Shown here in pieces: positions 48,708 to 59,115 of a stretch of DNA of 64,000 nt. The DNA is taken from assembly GCA_046756405.1 (NCBI GenBank), contig JBHHWH010000001.1, positions 3,133 to 67,132 of the forward strand, written 5' to 3'. How positions within the stretch are numbered: the first letter of the stretch is position 1; every line of letters begins with the position of its first letter. The stretch is from Acidimicrobiia bacterium (lineage in GTDB: Bacteria > Actinomycetota > Acidimicrobiia > Spongiisociales > ZC4RG35). The notes under the pieces were generated by a model. That model was not told the origin of the DNA, did not search any database, and saw only the letters and a list, made by a program, of their open reading frames with translations. The position numbers and the translations under genes were made by a program.

Positions 48708-49553
48708 TTAGAGGCCCTTGGGGTGCCAGACCGTCTTGGTCTCGGTGAAGGCGGCGATCAGGTAGGGGCTTTGGTCGGGGACGTTGCTCGGGGCCACCAC
48801 CCGCTTCACGTTGTGGACCGCACCCTCCTGGATCCGCAGTAGCTGTTCCGGAGTGGCCCCGGAAGCGTCGATGGCATTCACATCCATGTGGTCGGCGAGG
48901 ACTGGCACCAGCTCCTCCTTGAAGCCGGTGAGGATGTTCACCACACCTCCGGGCACATCCGAGGTGTCCAGCACCTCGGCCAGGTCAACCGCCGCCATCG
49001 GTGCCTCCTCGGAGGCCAGCACCACCACCGTGTTTCCCGGGACCAGGATCGGTGCCAGGCGGGAGATGAGACCCAAAAGCGCCGGACGTTCCGGTGCCAC
49101 CAGTCCCACCACCCCGGTCGGCTCGGGTGAGGAGATGTTGAAGAAGGGCCCTGCCACCGGGTTCAGGTTCCCGTAAATCTGGGCGAACTTGTCACACCAG
49201 CCGGCGTACCAGACCAGCCGGTCGACCGATTCGGTCACCTCGCGGCGGGCGGCCGCCGGGGTGGCGCCCAGGTCCCGGAGGTGGTCGACGAAGGTTCCTC
49301 GCCGGTCCTCCAAGGTCTCGGCGATCCGGTAGAGGATCTGGCCCCGGTTGTAGCCGGTGCGTCCTGCCCAGCCCTCCTGGGCCTTTCGGGCGGTGCGGAC
49401 CGCGTCCCTCAGGTCCTTGCGGCTGGCCTGGGCGACCCGGGCCAGCACCTGACCGTCGGCGCCCAGGGCTGGATAGGACCTGCCCGACTCGGAGCGAGGG
49501 AACTTGCCCCCGATGTAGAGCTTGTAGGTCTTCTTGACCGCCAACCGGGCCAT
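48708..49553 (-). CDS. Truncated aldehyde-dehydrogenase-like protein (NAD-binding half only; lacks the catalytic Cys/Glu region).
   Basis: Aligns to the N-terminal and cofactor-domain half of the adjacent ALDH (WYAGWCDK matches YYAGWADK; PGNTVVVLASEE matches AGNTVVLKPAET) but ends before the ELGGK and Cys motifs. Its ATG overlaps the upstream ALDH stop (ATGA). Confidence 0.7.
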   Translation of the reverse strand: MARLAVKKTYKLYIGGKFPRSESGRSYPALGADGQVLARVAQASRKDLRDAVRTARKAQEGWAGRTGYNRGQILYRIAETLEDRRGTFVDHLRDLGATPAAARREVTESVDRLVWYAGWCDKFAQIYGNLNPVAGPFFNISSPEPTGVVGLVAPERPALLGLISRLAPILVPGNTVVVLASEEAPMAAVDLAEVLDTSDVPGGVVNILTGFKEELVPVLADHMDVNAIDASGATPEQLLRIQEGAVHNVKRVVAPSNVPDQSPYLIAAFTETKTVWHPKGL

Positions 49554-51025
49554 CAGTGCACCCCGTCCAGGTAGGCAAGGAGACCGTGACGGCCGCCCTC
49601 GCGTCCGAAGCCCGACTCCTTGTAGCCACCGAAGGGCGAGGTGGGGTCGAACTTGTTGTAGGTATTGGCCCACACCACACCGGCCTTCATCCGGTCGGCC
49701 ATCCACAGGATGCGGGAGCCCTTCGTAGTCCACACCCCAGCGGACAGGCCGTACGGGGTGTTGTTGGCCTTCTGTACCGCCTCGTCGGGGGTGCGGAAGG
49801 TAAGTATGGAGAGCACCGGACCGAAGATCTCCTCCTGGGCGATACGATGCGACTGGGACACCCCGGTGAACAGGGTGGGCCTAAACCAGAATCCCCGCCG
49901 GGGAAGGGGACAGTCTGGCTGGTACATCTCAGCGCCCTCGGCCTTGCCCGCCTCCACCAGCTCGGAGATCTTTTCCAACTGGGCGCGGCTGTTGATCGCT
50001 CCGATGTCGGTGTTCTTGTCCAGGGGGTCGCCCACCCGAAGGGTGGAGAGACGCCGTTTCAGCTTCTCCACGAACCGGTCGTGGATGTTCTCCTGGACGA
50101 AGAGGCGGCTGCCGGCACAGCAGACATGGCCCTGGTTGAAGAAGATCCCGTTTATCACCCCTTCGATGGCCTGGTCAAGGGGGGCGTCTTCGAAGATGAC
50201 GTGGGCGGCTTTGCCTCCCAGCTCCAGGGTGAGGCTCTTGGAGGTGCCGGCGAGGCGCGACTGGATGATCTTTCCCACCTCCGTCGATCCGGTGAAGGCG
50301 ACCTTGTCCACATCGGGGTGGCCCACCACCGCGGCACCGGTGGCGCCGGCGCCGGTGACAACGTTCAGCACTCCGGGGGGCAGACCGGCCTCGGTGGCGA
50401 TCTGAGCGAAGAGTAGGGCAGTCAGGGGGGTGGTCTCGGCGGGCTTGAGCACCACAGTGTTCCCAGCGGCCAGGGCAGGAGCCACCTTCCAGGCCAGCAT
50501 CATCAACGGGAAGTTCCACGGGATGACCTGGCCCGCCACCCCGAGGGGTCTCGGATTCAGGCCGGGGAAGGCGTACTCCAACTTGTCGGCCCACCCGGCG
50601 TAGTAGAAGAAGTGGGCGGCCACCAGGGGAAGGTCCACATCCCGGGACTCCTTGATCGGCTTGCCACCGTCGAGGGTCTCCAACACCGCCAGTTCCCGGG
50701 ACCGCTCCTGGATCATTCGGGCGATGCGGAACAGGAACTTGGCCCGCTCCTTCGGTGGCATCGGGCCCCACACCTCGGTGAAGGCTCGCCGGGCGGCGGC
50801 CACGGCGTCGTCCACGTCGGCGGGGCCCGCCTCTGCCACCTCGGCGAGGGTCTCCTCGGTGGCCGGGTTGATGGTGGGGAAGTACTTCCGCGACCGGGGA
50901 CGGCGGAATTCGCCGTCGATGAACAGCCCGTAGCGGTCGTCCACCGAAACGACGGCGGTGGACTCCTTCGACTCCGCATACTCCCAGAGGAGGGGCTCGT
51001 GGCGGGTGGTGGGAACTTTGGGCAT
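49553..51025 (-). CDS. NAD(P)-dependent aldehyde dehydrogenase.
   Basis: PWNFP, GNTVVLKPAE, LELGGK and FFNQGHVCCAGSR (catalytic Cys) motifs. 490 aa. Confidence 0.9.
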   Translation of the reverse strand: MPKVPTTRHEPLLWEYAESKESTAVVSVDDRYGLFIDGEFRRPRSRKYFPTINPATEETLAEVAEAGPADVDDAVAAARRAFTEVWGPMPPKERAKFLFRIARMIQERSRELAVLETLDGGKPIKESRDVDLPLVAAHFFYYAGWADKLEYAFPGLNPRPLGVAGQVIPWNFPLMMLAWKVAPALAAGNTVVLKPAETTPLTALLFAQIATEAGLPPGVLNVVTGAGATGAAVVGHPDVDKVAFTGSTEVGKIIQSRLAGTSKSLTLELGGKAAHVIFEDAPLDQAIEGVINGIFFNQGHVCCAGSRLFVQENIHDRFVEKLKRRLSTLRVGDPLDKNTDIGAINSRAQLEKISELVEAGKAEGAEMYQPDCPLPRRGFWFRPTLFTGVSQSHRIAQEEIFGPVLSILTFRTPDEAVQKANNTPYGLSAGVWTTKGSRILWMADRMKAGVVWANTYNKFDPTSPFGGYKESGFGREGGRHGLLAYLDGVH

Positions 51026-51027
51026 GG

Positions 51028-51981
51028 TCAGGCCTCGGTGAAGTAGTCGGGGGACGGATACCGACCCGTCTCCAGCCAGCGAATCTGCATCAGCACGTCG
51101 TTGAGGAGCGACGAGGCGCCGAACCGAAACAGGTCAGGCGTCATCCAGGCGGCGCCCAGGGTCTCGTGGAGAACAAGGAGATATTTGATGGCGTCCTTCG
51201 AGGTCCGGATCCCCCCGGCCGGCTTCATCCCCACCAACACCCCGGAGGCGTCGTGGAAGTCGCGGATCGCCTCCAGCATCACCAGCGTCACCTCCAGGGT
51301 GGCGGCCGGGGAGACCTTTCCGGTGGAGGTCTTGATGAAGTCGGCTCCGGCGGCCATGGCCAGCATCGCCGCCCGGCGCACGCTGTCCAGAGTCCCCAGC
51401 TCCCCGGTCTCGAGGATCACCTTCAGATGGGCTTCACCGCAGGCCTCCTTGACCCGGCGGATCTCGTCGAAGACCTTGAAGTAATTGCCGCCGAGGAACG
51501 CACCGCGGTCGATGACCATGTCGATCTCATGGACCCCTAGGGCCGCCACCCGCTTCGCCTCCTCCACCTTCAGGTCGGTGTCGGCCATCCCGGAGGGGAA
51601 GTAGGTGGCGACACTGGCCACCTTGACGCCGGAGCCCTCCGTGGCGTGGAGGGCGTAGGGGACCATCGCCGGGTAGACACACACCGCGGCCACCGGCGGC
51701 ACCGAAGGGTCGGTGGGGTCGGGCCGGATCGCCTTCGCCGCCAACTGGGCCACCTTGCCCGGGGTGTCCTTTCCCTCCAGGGTGGTCAGATCCATCATCC
51801 GCACGATGAGGTCGAGGGCAGCCCGCTTCGAATCTCGCTTGATGGATCGCCGGGAAAGGGCGGCTACCCGTTCGGCCACCCCGACTTCGTCCACGGAGGG
51901 AACGCTACGGAGAAAGGTGCGAAGGGTGGGCGTGGTGATCCGATCCGGCAGGATCGAGGTGCGAGTCTGGGCGAGGGTCAC
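51028..51981 (-). CDS. deoC: Deoxyribose-phosphate aldolase (long type-2 DeoC).
   Basis: Schiff-base lysine region ADFIKTSTGK and the TIM-barrel DERA pattern (VAAVCVYP...). The TGA stop overlaps the ATG of the downstream ALDH. Confidence 0.85.
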   Translation of the reverse strand: MTLAQTRTSILPDRITTPTLRTFLRSVPSVDEVGVAERVAALSRRSIKRDSKRAALDLIVRMMDLTTLEGKDTPGKVAQLAAKAIRPDPTDPSVPPVAAVCVYPAMVPYALHATEGSGVKVASVATYFPSGMADTDLKVEEAKRVAALGVHEIDMVIDRGAFLGGNYFKVFDEIRRVKEACGEAHLKVILETGELGTLDSVRRAAMLAMAAGADFIKTSTGKVSPAATLEVTLVMLEAIRDFHDASGVLVGMKPAGGIRTSKDAIKYLLVLHETLGAAWMTPDLFRFGASSLLNDVLMQIRWLETGRYPSPDYFTEA

Positions 51982-52009
51982 GGCACCTTCAATGCTAGGG
52001 AGTCCGCCG

Positions 52010-53095
52010 TCAGGCGCCAGCGGAGCCCAAGTAGCGGAGGGTCAGATCCTGGTTGAGGGTCATGTCCATGGTGAATTCGACCAGCTCGTTAATGGTCTCG
52101 TCGGGCATGGCCACGTCCATGGTGAAGTGAATCGAGCTAGTGATCTCCGCACGCTGCACGATCCCGCTCTCCGGGTCGAGCCGGCTCGTCGACGCGGAGC
52201 GGCTCGGGTCGATGGTGAAGAGAAACTTCATCGCCTCGGTTAGTGCGGTCATCTCCGCTTCCTCCTCCTCGGTGGCGTCCTCGGGGAGGAACGCCTCGAA
52301 GAACCCGGCCAAGAACTCGCCCAGGTCGAACTGGATCTGAGAGGTGAAGGTGTTGGCCTCGATGACGAAGACCTCGACACCGTCGACCTCGTCTGTGCCG
52401 ATTACCCGACCTTCGATGGTGGTAACCACCGGCTCGTCGCCGAAGGGCATCGGGGTTTCGATCGTCTCGGTCCACGTGTCGCCGACCGTCACTTCGTCGT
52501 CGGGAAGGGGTGGACCGAAGAAGCTCTCGATCTGAGCCCCTGGCATCGAACCTCCCCCCAGAAAGTCCATTCCTCCCAGCAGGTCATCGCTGCCGCCGGG
52601 ATCAGGGATCACGTTGCCCTTCTCATCAATGATGATCGTGGCCTCGACCGGTTCCAGGACGGCGAAGTCGGGCGCCTGGTCGGGATCGACGAGCTCACCG
52701 TCAACAGTTCCGCTCACTTCGACGCCTTTGAACTCGCCAGTGATGGTGATGGCGTAGGTTCCCGGCTCCGGTCCGGCGGCGACGTCGTAGGCGAAGGTGG
52801 CAGTCGCCTCCATGCGCAGATCAGCCTCTCCGGGGAGCTCGTCGCCGTCCACGGCGGACGGATCGCCTGAAGAGGTCATGGCGATGTCCTGAACCAGGAT
52901 GACTTCGTACGTGAACGTATCCCCCGCCTCGAGTGAGTAGCTGAGCCGTATCGCCTCGGGAACAGCCGCTTCCGAGGACGATGATGGCCGGTCCCCTCCA
53001 GAGGGAGGCGTCGTTGCCGTGGTCCCACCCGCACCGCAAGCGGTGAGAACCAGGGCAAGGGCGACAGCAGAGCGGGTAAGTGGGGAATTCACCAC
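52010..53095 (-). CDS. Hypothetical secreted lipoprotein (acidic, Thr/Asp/Glu-rich).
   Basis: Lipobox LVLTAC-GAGG. No recognisable enzymatic motifs. It heads the minus-strand run lipoprotein-deoC-aldH-aldH'. Confidence 0.55.
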   Translation of the reverse strand: MVNSPLTRSAVALALVLTACGAGGTTATTPPSGGDRPSSSSEAAVPEAIRLSYSLEAGDTFTYEVILVQDIAMTSSGDPSAVDGDELPGEADLRMEATATFAYDVAAGPEPGTYAITITGEFKGVEVSGTVDGELVDPDQAPDFAVLEPVEATIIIDEKGNVIPDPGGSDDLLGGMDFLGGGSMPGAQIESFFGPPLPDDEVTVGDTWTETIETPMPFGDEPVVTTIEGRVIGTDEVDGVEVFVIEANTFTSQIQFDLGEFLAGFFEAFLPEDATEEEEAEMTALTEAMKFLFTIDPSRSASTSRLDPESGIVQRAEITSSIHFTMDVAMPDETINELVEFTMDMTLNQDLTLRYLGSAGA

Positions 53096-53118
53096 TCCAG
53101 GTTATCGGCGATCCGGAG

Positions 53119-54060
53119 ATGAACCCTGAACCCGGTTATGTTGTCGCCTCCGTGAATCCGTGGACACCCCTTGTGGCAGCCACCATCGGCTGGGCTTCGT
53201 CGGCGGTGCTCACCCGCACCCTCCTTTTGCGGGGAGTTGATGCCCTGACGGTGGTGCCGTTACGAATGGTGTTCGCCATAACTGCCCTGGGCGTCGTGAT
53301 CGCTCTCACCGGAAGGTTCGGCACCCGGGATCTACGAGCATGGAGGCGGGGGGCGATCCTCGGTGTGGTAGGCATGGCCATCCCGATGCTGCTGATGACC
53401 TTCGGCCTGGAGGACCTGCCGGTGAGTATCGGTGGGCTTCTCATCGCTCTGATCCCCTTGGCAACGGTGGGCGCAGCTCACTTCCTGGTCGACGGTGAGC
53501 GTTTTGTTGCCCGCTCCCTGCCGGGGTTGTTGCTGGCCCTGGTCGGCTCCGGCGTCCTGGTGGGCCTTGGGGGGAACACGATCGAAGGGGTAGGCAATCT
53601 GTGGAGGGGAGTTCTGCTCACCGTTGTCGGGGTGATCAGTGCGGGCTTCGGGGGTGCGCTGAGCCGCCGGTATGCCATGGAGATATCCAGCGACGAGTTG
53701 GTCCTGCCCCAGTTCGCTGTCGCCGCGGTGGTGCTCCTCACCCTGACCCCACTTTTCGGCATACAGGAGGTCTCGTCCATCGGCGCCGTCAACTGGCTGC
53801 TGGTGGCCGGTGTCGGTGTGGTGGGGACCACCCTCCCGTTCACCTCGCTCCTCATCGGAGCGGCCATAAATCCAGCGTCGCGCCTGGCCCTCATCGGGTA
53901 TGCGGTTCCGGTGGGGGCGGTGCTTTTGGCGGTGATCTTCCTCGGCGAGTCGCTCACCATCGAGGTGGTGGTGGGAGCAGTGCTGATAATCGGCGGGGTG
54001 GTACTGGCCGAGAAGTACGGCAAACACGTGCCAGCTCCAGGAGTGGCGACCGCCCGCTGA
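53119..54060 (+). CDS. DMT-superfamily (EamA-like) transporter.
   Basis: Ten predicted TM helices in two EamA-like halves. The start is uncertain: Met at 53119, or a GTG a few codons later. Confidence 0.75.
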   Translation: MNPEPGYVVASVNPWTPLVAATIGWASSAVLTRTLLLRGVDALTVVPLRMVFAITALGVVIALTGRFGTRDLRAWRRGAILGVVGMAIPMLLMTFGLEDLPVSIGGLLIALIPLATVGAAHFLVDGERFVARSLPGLLLALVGSGVLVGLGGNTIEGVGNLWRGVLLTVVGVISAGFGGALSRRYAMEISSDELVLPQFAVAAVVLLTLTPLFGIQEVSSIGAVNWLLVAGVGVVGTTLPFTSLLIGAAINPASRLALIGYAVPVGAVLLAVIFLGESLTIEVVVGAVLIIGGVVLAEKYGKHVPAPGVATAR

Positions 54061-54172
54061 GGCGGTCGGTGGACGGAACGCTCCCTATGGCAGTGCGGCG
54101 TAGAGTTCCCACTCGCCGGTCGGCGACAACTCCGCCCAACTCGGCTCCGACAAACTCTACCCTACGCCCTCC

Positions 54173-55831
<1,659 letters not shown>

Positions 55832-55899
55832 TCGTATCCGGGCAGCATCAGGGCAAACCCCTATTCCCGTGACCCTCGCGGTGCAATAGGGTCCCTCAT

Positions 55900-56109
55900 A
55901 TGCAACGAACAGGCAGGGTCATAACCGGATTCGCCCTGGTGGCGGCGGGCGTAGCCATGCTGGCGCTGCCCGGACCGGGCCTGGTGACCATCGCCGCCGG
56001 GCTGGCTCTGTTAGCTCGCGACCTCCGCTGGGCGGATCGCCTCCGCCAGCGGCTAGGAGCCGCCGAGTCCTACAGGCGGACGAGCCCTCAGGATCAGGAG
56101 GGCGGATAG
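55900..56109 (+). CDS. PGPGW-motif small transmembrane protein.
   Basis: 69 aa with a hairpin pair of TM helices around LALPGPGLVTIAAGLALLARDLRWADRL. Its 3' end overlaps the convergent sodN end by 16 nt. Confidence 0.5.
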   Translation: MQRTGRVITGFALVAAGVAMLALPGPGLVTIAAGLALLARDLRWADRLRQRLGAAESYRRTSPQDQEGG

Positions 56110-56501
56110 ACCCCCATCCCCTTGGCCTTTTCGGTCTGCCAGAAGATGTCGGCGATCTCGTCGATCAGAGCGATCAGCTTCTCCCCTTCGGCGGGGTCCA
56201 TCGACTTCTTGGCATCACCGGCCTGGTGGATGGCCCGCCAGAAGAGATCATCAAGCTGGGGGAACTGCTCCCGATGCTCAGCGGTGAAAAAGTCGGCCCA
56301 CAGCACCATCAGATGGTGTTTGACCTCCTCCGCACGCTGCTCTTTGATGAAGACGGCCCGGTCCCTGAAGACCGGATCGTCAGAGGCCTGGTATTTCTGG
56401 GCGACCTTGAGGACCGACATGGCCTCGATTTTCGCCTGGGCCGGGTCGTAGACCCCGCAGTAGAGGTCACAGTGGGCATGGGCAATCGTGACTTGGCGCA
56501 T
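56094..56501 (-). CDS. sodN: Nickel-containing superoxide dismutase precursor (NiSOD).
   Basis: Ni-hook motif HCDLYCGVYDP immediately after a 9-aa propeptide MRQVTIAHA, and a 4-helix-bundle length (135 aa). AGGAG SD 5 nt upstream of the ATG. Confidence 0.85.
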   Translation of the reverse strand: MRQVTIAHAHCDLYCGVYDPAQAKIEAMSVLKVAQKYQASDDPVFRDRAVFIKEQRAEEVKHHLMVLWADFFTAEHREQFPQLDDLFWRAIHQAGDAKKSMDPAEGEKLIALIDEIADIFWQTEKAKGMGVYPPS

Positions 56502-56553
56502 CTCTTCTCCTTCCCTTATGGCCGACGGCGGAGACCATACTCCGCCTCCGACC

Positions 56554-57498
56554 ATGACGATGAGACGCTTCCGGGTGGCCGAGCAATCGATGCTGCCCAC
56601 CCTCCGCCCCGGCGAGGAGATAGTCGCCACCGACTCCAGGCCGGCCCGCCCCGGCGACCTGGTGGTGTTTTCCCATCCTGACCGAAACCACTTCTGGATG
56701 GTGAAGCGGATGGTCTCCCCACGAGAGCCGCTGGAGCAGGGACTGGCCTGGGTGGTCTCGGATAATCCGGAGGTCACCCGGGCCGACTCCCGCACCTTGG
56801 GACCGGTACCGCTGGCATCGCTGATGCCGGTGGTCACCCGTCTCGATGAGGGAACCTTCGTCGAGGCCTGCCGGCTCCTGGAAGCCGAAGACCAGGCCCT
56901 GGCGAAGGCCCTGGAGGTGTATGGGATCCCTGAGTTCTGGCGGCGTCGGGAAGGGCTTCCAACCCTGGTGTGGCTGATCCTTGAACAGCAGGTCTCCCTG
57001 GCCTCGGGTCTGGCTACTTACCGGCGTCTCGGGGAGGCCCTCGGAGAGATGACCGCCGAAGCCCTCGCCGGCCTCGACGTGGACGGCCTCCGTGCCCTCG
57101 GTATCACCCGCCAGAAGGCCGCCTACCTGGTGGAACTGGCTGGAGGCGTGATTCGCGGAGAGGTAGATCCGGACTCATGGGGAAAGCTCTCCTATCCCGA
57201 AGCCCGGGAGCGTCTACTGGCCCTGCGCGGTGTCGGTCCCTGGACCGCCGACACCTACCTCCTCTCGGTGGCTGGCCATCCGGACGTCTTTCCCACCGGG
57301 GACCGGGCGCTCCAGGTGGGGACAGCCGAGGTTATGGGTCTGAGTTCGGTACCCGACGTTGAGGAGCTGGAGATCCTGTCCCAACCCTGGCGGCCGGTGC
57401 GGGCGGTCGCAGCGCGGATCATTTGGCATGCCTACCTGGCAGCACGGGGGAAGGCCGAACCCGCCGACCCTGTGCACGGGCCTTCGAAAACGGCGTAG
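56554..57498 (+). CDS. Fusion protein: SodX-type S26 signal-peptidase-like domain (NiSOD maturation protease) plus an AlkA/Mag-like HhH-GPD domain. Start is uncertain within 56518-56560.
   Basis: The N-terminal roughly 100 aa carry the S26 Ser/Lys dyad pattern (SMLPTLRPGE...VKRMV...SDNP...DSRTLGPVP). Residues about 120-336 match the AlkA C-terminal HhH-GPD fold (LRGVGPWTADTYLL...DVFPTGDRAL, ARIIWHAY). Divergent from sodN with only about 50 bp between the start codons. Confidence 0.7.
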   Translation: MTMRRFRVAEQSMLPTLRPGEEIVATDSRPARPGDLVVFSHPDRNHFWMVKRMVSPREPLEQGLAWVVSDNPEVTRADSRTLGPVPLASLMPVVTRLDEGTFVEACRLLEAEDQALAKALEVYGIPEFWRRREGLPTLVWLILEQQVSLASGLATYRRLGEALGEMTAEALAGLDVDGLRALGITRQKAAYLVELAGGVIRGEVDPDSWGKLSYPEARERLLALRGVGPWTADTYLLSVAGHPDVFPTGDRALQVGTAEVMGLSSVPDVEELEILSQPWRPVRAVAARIIWHAYLAARGKAEPADPVHGPSKTA

Positions 57499-57511
57499 AG
57501 TCGGTTATGTG

Positions 57512-57925
57512 ATGACCGAGTTCATCGTCACGATGGAGAACCGCCCCGGGCGTCTGGCCAGCTTGGCTGAAGCCCTGGCGGCCTTCGGGGTCAACATCGA
57601 AGCGCTGGCGGCCTACGCCAACGACGGCACCGGAACGGTGCGCCTCATCGTGAGCGACGCCCCCACCACCCGTCACGTCCTCGACGACGCCGGCCTCCAC
57701 TTCGAGGAGAACACGGTCCTCACCGCCCACCTCCCCCACCGGCCCGGCGAGCTGGCCCGACTAACCCGCTCCCTGGCCGACGCCGGGGTGAATATTGAGG
57801 CCCTGTACATCCTCAAATCGAATCACGACGGAGTGGAGCTGGCCATCTCCCTGGACCAGCCTCCTTCGGCGGTCCCCGAGCTCGAAGTGACGGGGGGAGT
57901 GCTCTCCCTGCCCAACTCCGGGTAG
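57512..57925 (+). CDS. ACT-domain-containing protein (tandem ACT repeats).
   Basis: 137 aa with two segments of the form ...ENRPGRLASLAEALAAFGVNIEAL... and ...LPHRPGELARLTRSLADAGVNIEAL.... Confidence 0.6.
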   Translation: MTEFIVTMENRPGRLASLAEALAAFGVNIEALAAYANDGTGTVRLIVSDAPTTRHVLDDAGLHFEENTVLTAHLPHRPGELARLTRSLADAGVNIEALYILKSNHDGVELAISLDQPPSAVPELEVTGGVLSLPNSG

Positions 57926-57952
57926 CCGGGGTCCGTTCGTAAACTGCCGTCG

Positions 57953-59047
57953 ATGCGCATCGCCATTGCCAGCGTGGTTGCGCTCGGGCTCCTCGTGTCG
58001 GCGTGTTCCCCAGCAGCGACGGAGACCTCCGTAGCAGCCACCGGGACCCAGGCGCCGACCACCACTACCACCAGCACCACTGTCCCGCCGACCACCACCT
58101 CAGCGCCGGCCACCTCCACGACCACCACTCTCCCGCCGGGCGACGTCTCCCCTATCAACGGCCTCGAGGTGGAAGACGAGGCGCTGATGAATCGTCGGGT
58201 GCTGGCGGTGAAGATCGACAACCACCCCAGGGCCAACCCCCAGTCGGGCATCGACCAGGCGGACATGGTCATCGAGCTGATGGTGGAGGGGATCACCCGC
58301 TTCATCTCAGTGTGGCTCCAAAGTGATGCCGAGTATCTGGGTCCGATCCGCTCGGCGCGTCCCACCGATCCGACCCTGCTCCGGGCCTTCAACGAGCCGA
58401 CCTTCGCCATTTCGGGTGCCCAACAGTGGGTCCAGATCTTGGTCCGAAGCAAAGATGTTCGCCTCATAGGCGAGGTCAGGCCAGCCATGTTCCGGATCTC
58501 GTCGCGGAAGGCGCCGCACAACCTCTACGGGGACACCAACCTGATCCGCGAATACGCCGACCAACTCGGCTACCCAGACGAACCGCCGACGGAACCGATC
58601 TGGAGCTTCGGGCCGGTGCCCGAGGACGCAGCCGTGGCCACCTCGGTGCGGATCGACTTCCTGGGCCAGATCGTCCGCTGGACCTGGGACGAGGAAAGCG
58701 GCCTCTACCTGAGGACCGCCTACAACCGCGAGTCGACGTACCGCAATGAGGATGGCACCGAGGGGCGTGTCGGAGTGCCGGTGCTGGTAGCCCTCTACGT
58801 GGAGCAGTACACCGCCTACCCGCCCGCGGGCCAGAGCGGAACCCCCCTTCCCGCCTCCCGAACCCTCGGCTCGGGCAAGGCCTTCGTCTTCGCCAATGGC
58901 AAGGTCGTCGAAGGGACCTGGACGCGGGGGTCGGAGGACGAGTGGTTCCGCCTCACCTACCCCAACGGCGAAGAACTGTCCGTCCCGCCGGGGAAGGTGT
59001 GGGTCTCCCTGGTCCCTGTCACGCGAGGCCTCACCTACTCCGACTAA
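57953..59047 (+). CDS. DUF3048-domain lipoprotein.
   Basis: Lipobox LLVSAC, a Thr/Pro-rich linker, then DUF3048 N/C-domain hallmarks (RVLAVKIDNHP...ADMVIELMVEGGITRF...). Confidence 0.7.
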   Translation: MRIAIASVVALGLLVSACSPAATETSVAATGTQAPTTTTTSTTVPPTTTSAPATSTTTTLPPGDVSPINGLEVEDEALMNRRVLAVKIDNHPRANPQSGIDQADMVIELMVEGITRFISVWLQSDAEYLGPIRSARPTDPTLLRAFNEPTFAISGAQQWVQILVRSKDVRLIGEVRPAMFRISSRKAPHNLYGDTNLIREYADQLGYPDEPPTEPIWSFGPVPEDAAVATSVRIDFLGQIVRWTWDEESGLYLRTAYNRESTYRNEDGTEGRVGVPVLVALYVEQYTAYPPAGQSGTPLPASRTLGSGKAFVFANGKVVEGTWTRGSEDEWFRLTYPNGEELSVPPGKVWVSLVPVTRGLTYSD

Positions 59048-59049
59048 CT

Positions 59050-59098
59050 TTTCTGTGCGGGTTTACGGCTGGTTTTGGCCTGAAGATCCGCACAGAAA
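59050..59098. repeat. Inverted repeat / hairpin IR-A (TTTCTGTGCGG-27 nt-CCGCACAGAAA) in the leader of SBP gene A.
   Basis: 11-bp perfect stem with a 27-nt loop. It starts 3 nt after the DUF3048 stop and ends 17 nt before the SBP-A ATG. It is nearly identical to IR-B. Confidence 0.6.
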
Positions 59099-59115
59099 GG
59101 TCTTGAGAGGGCGAG

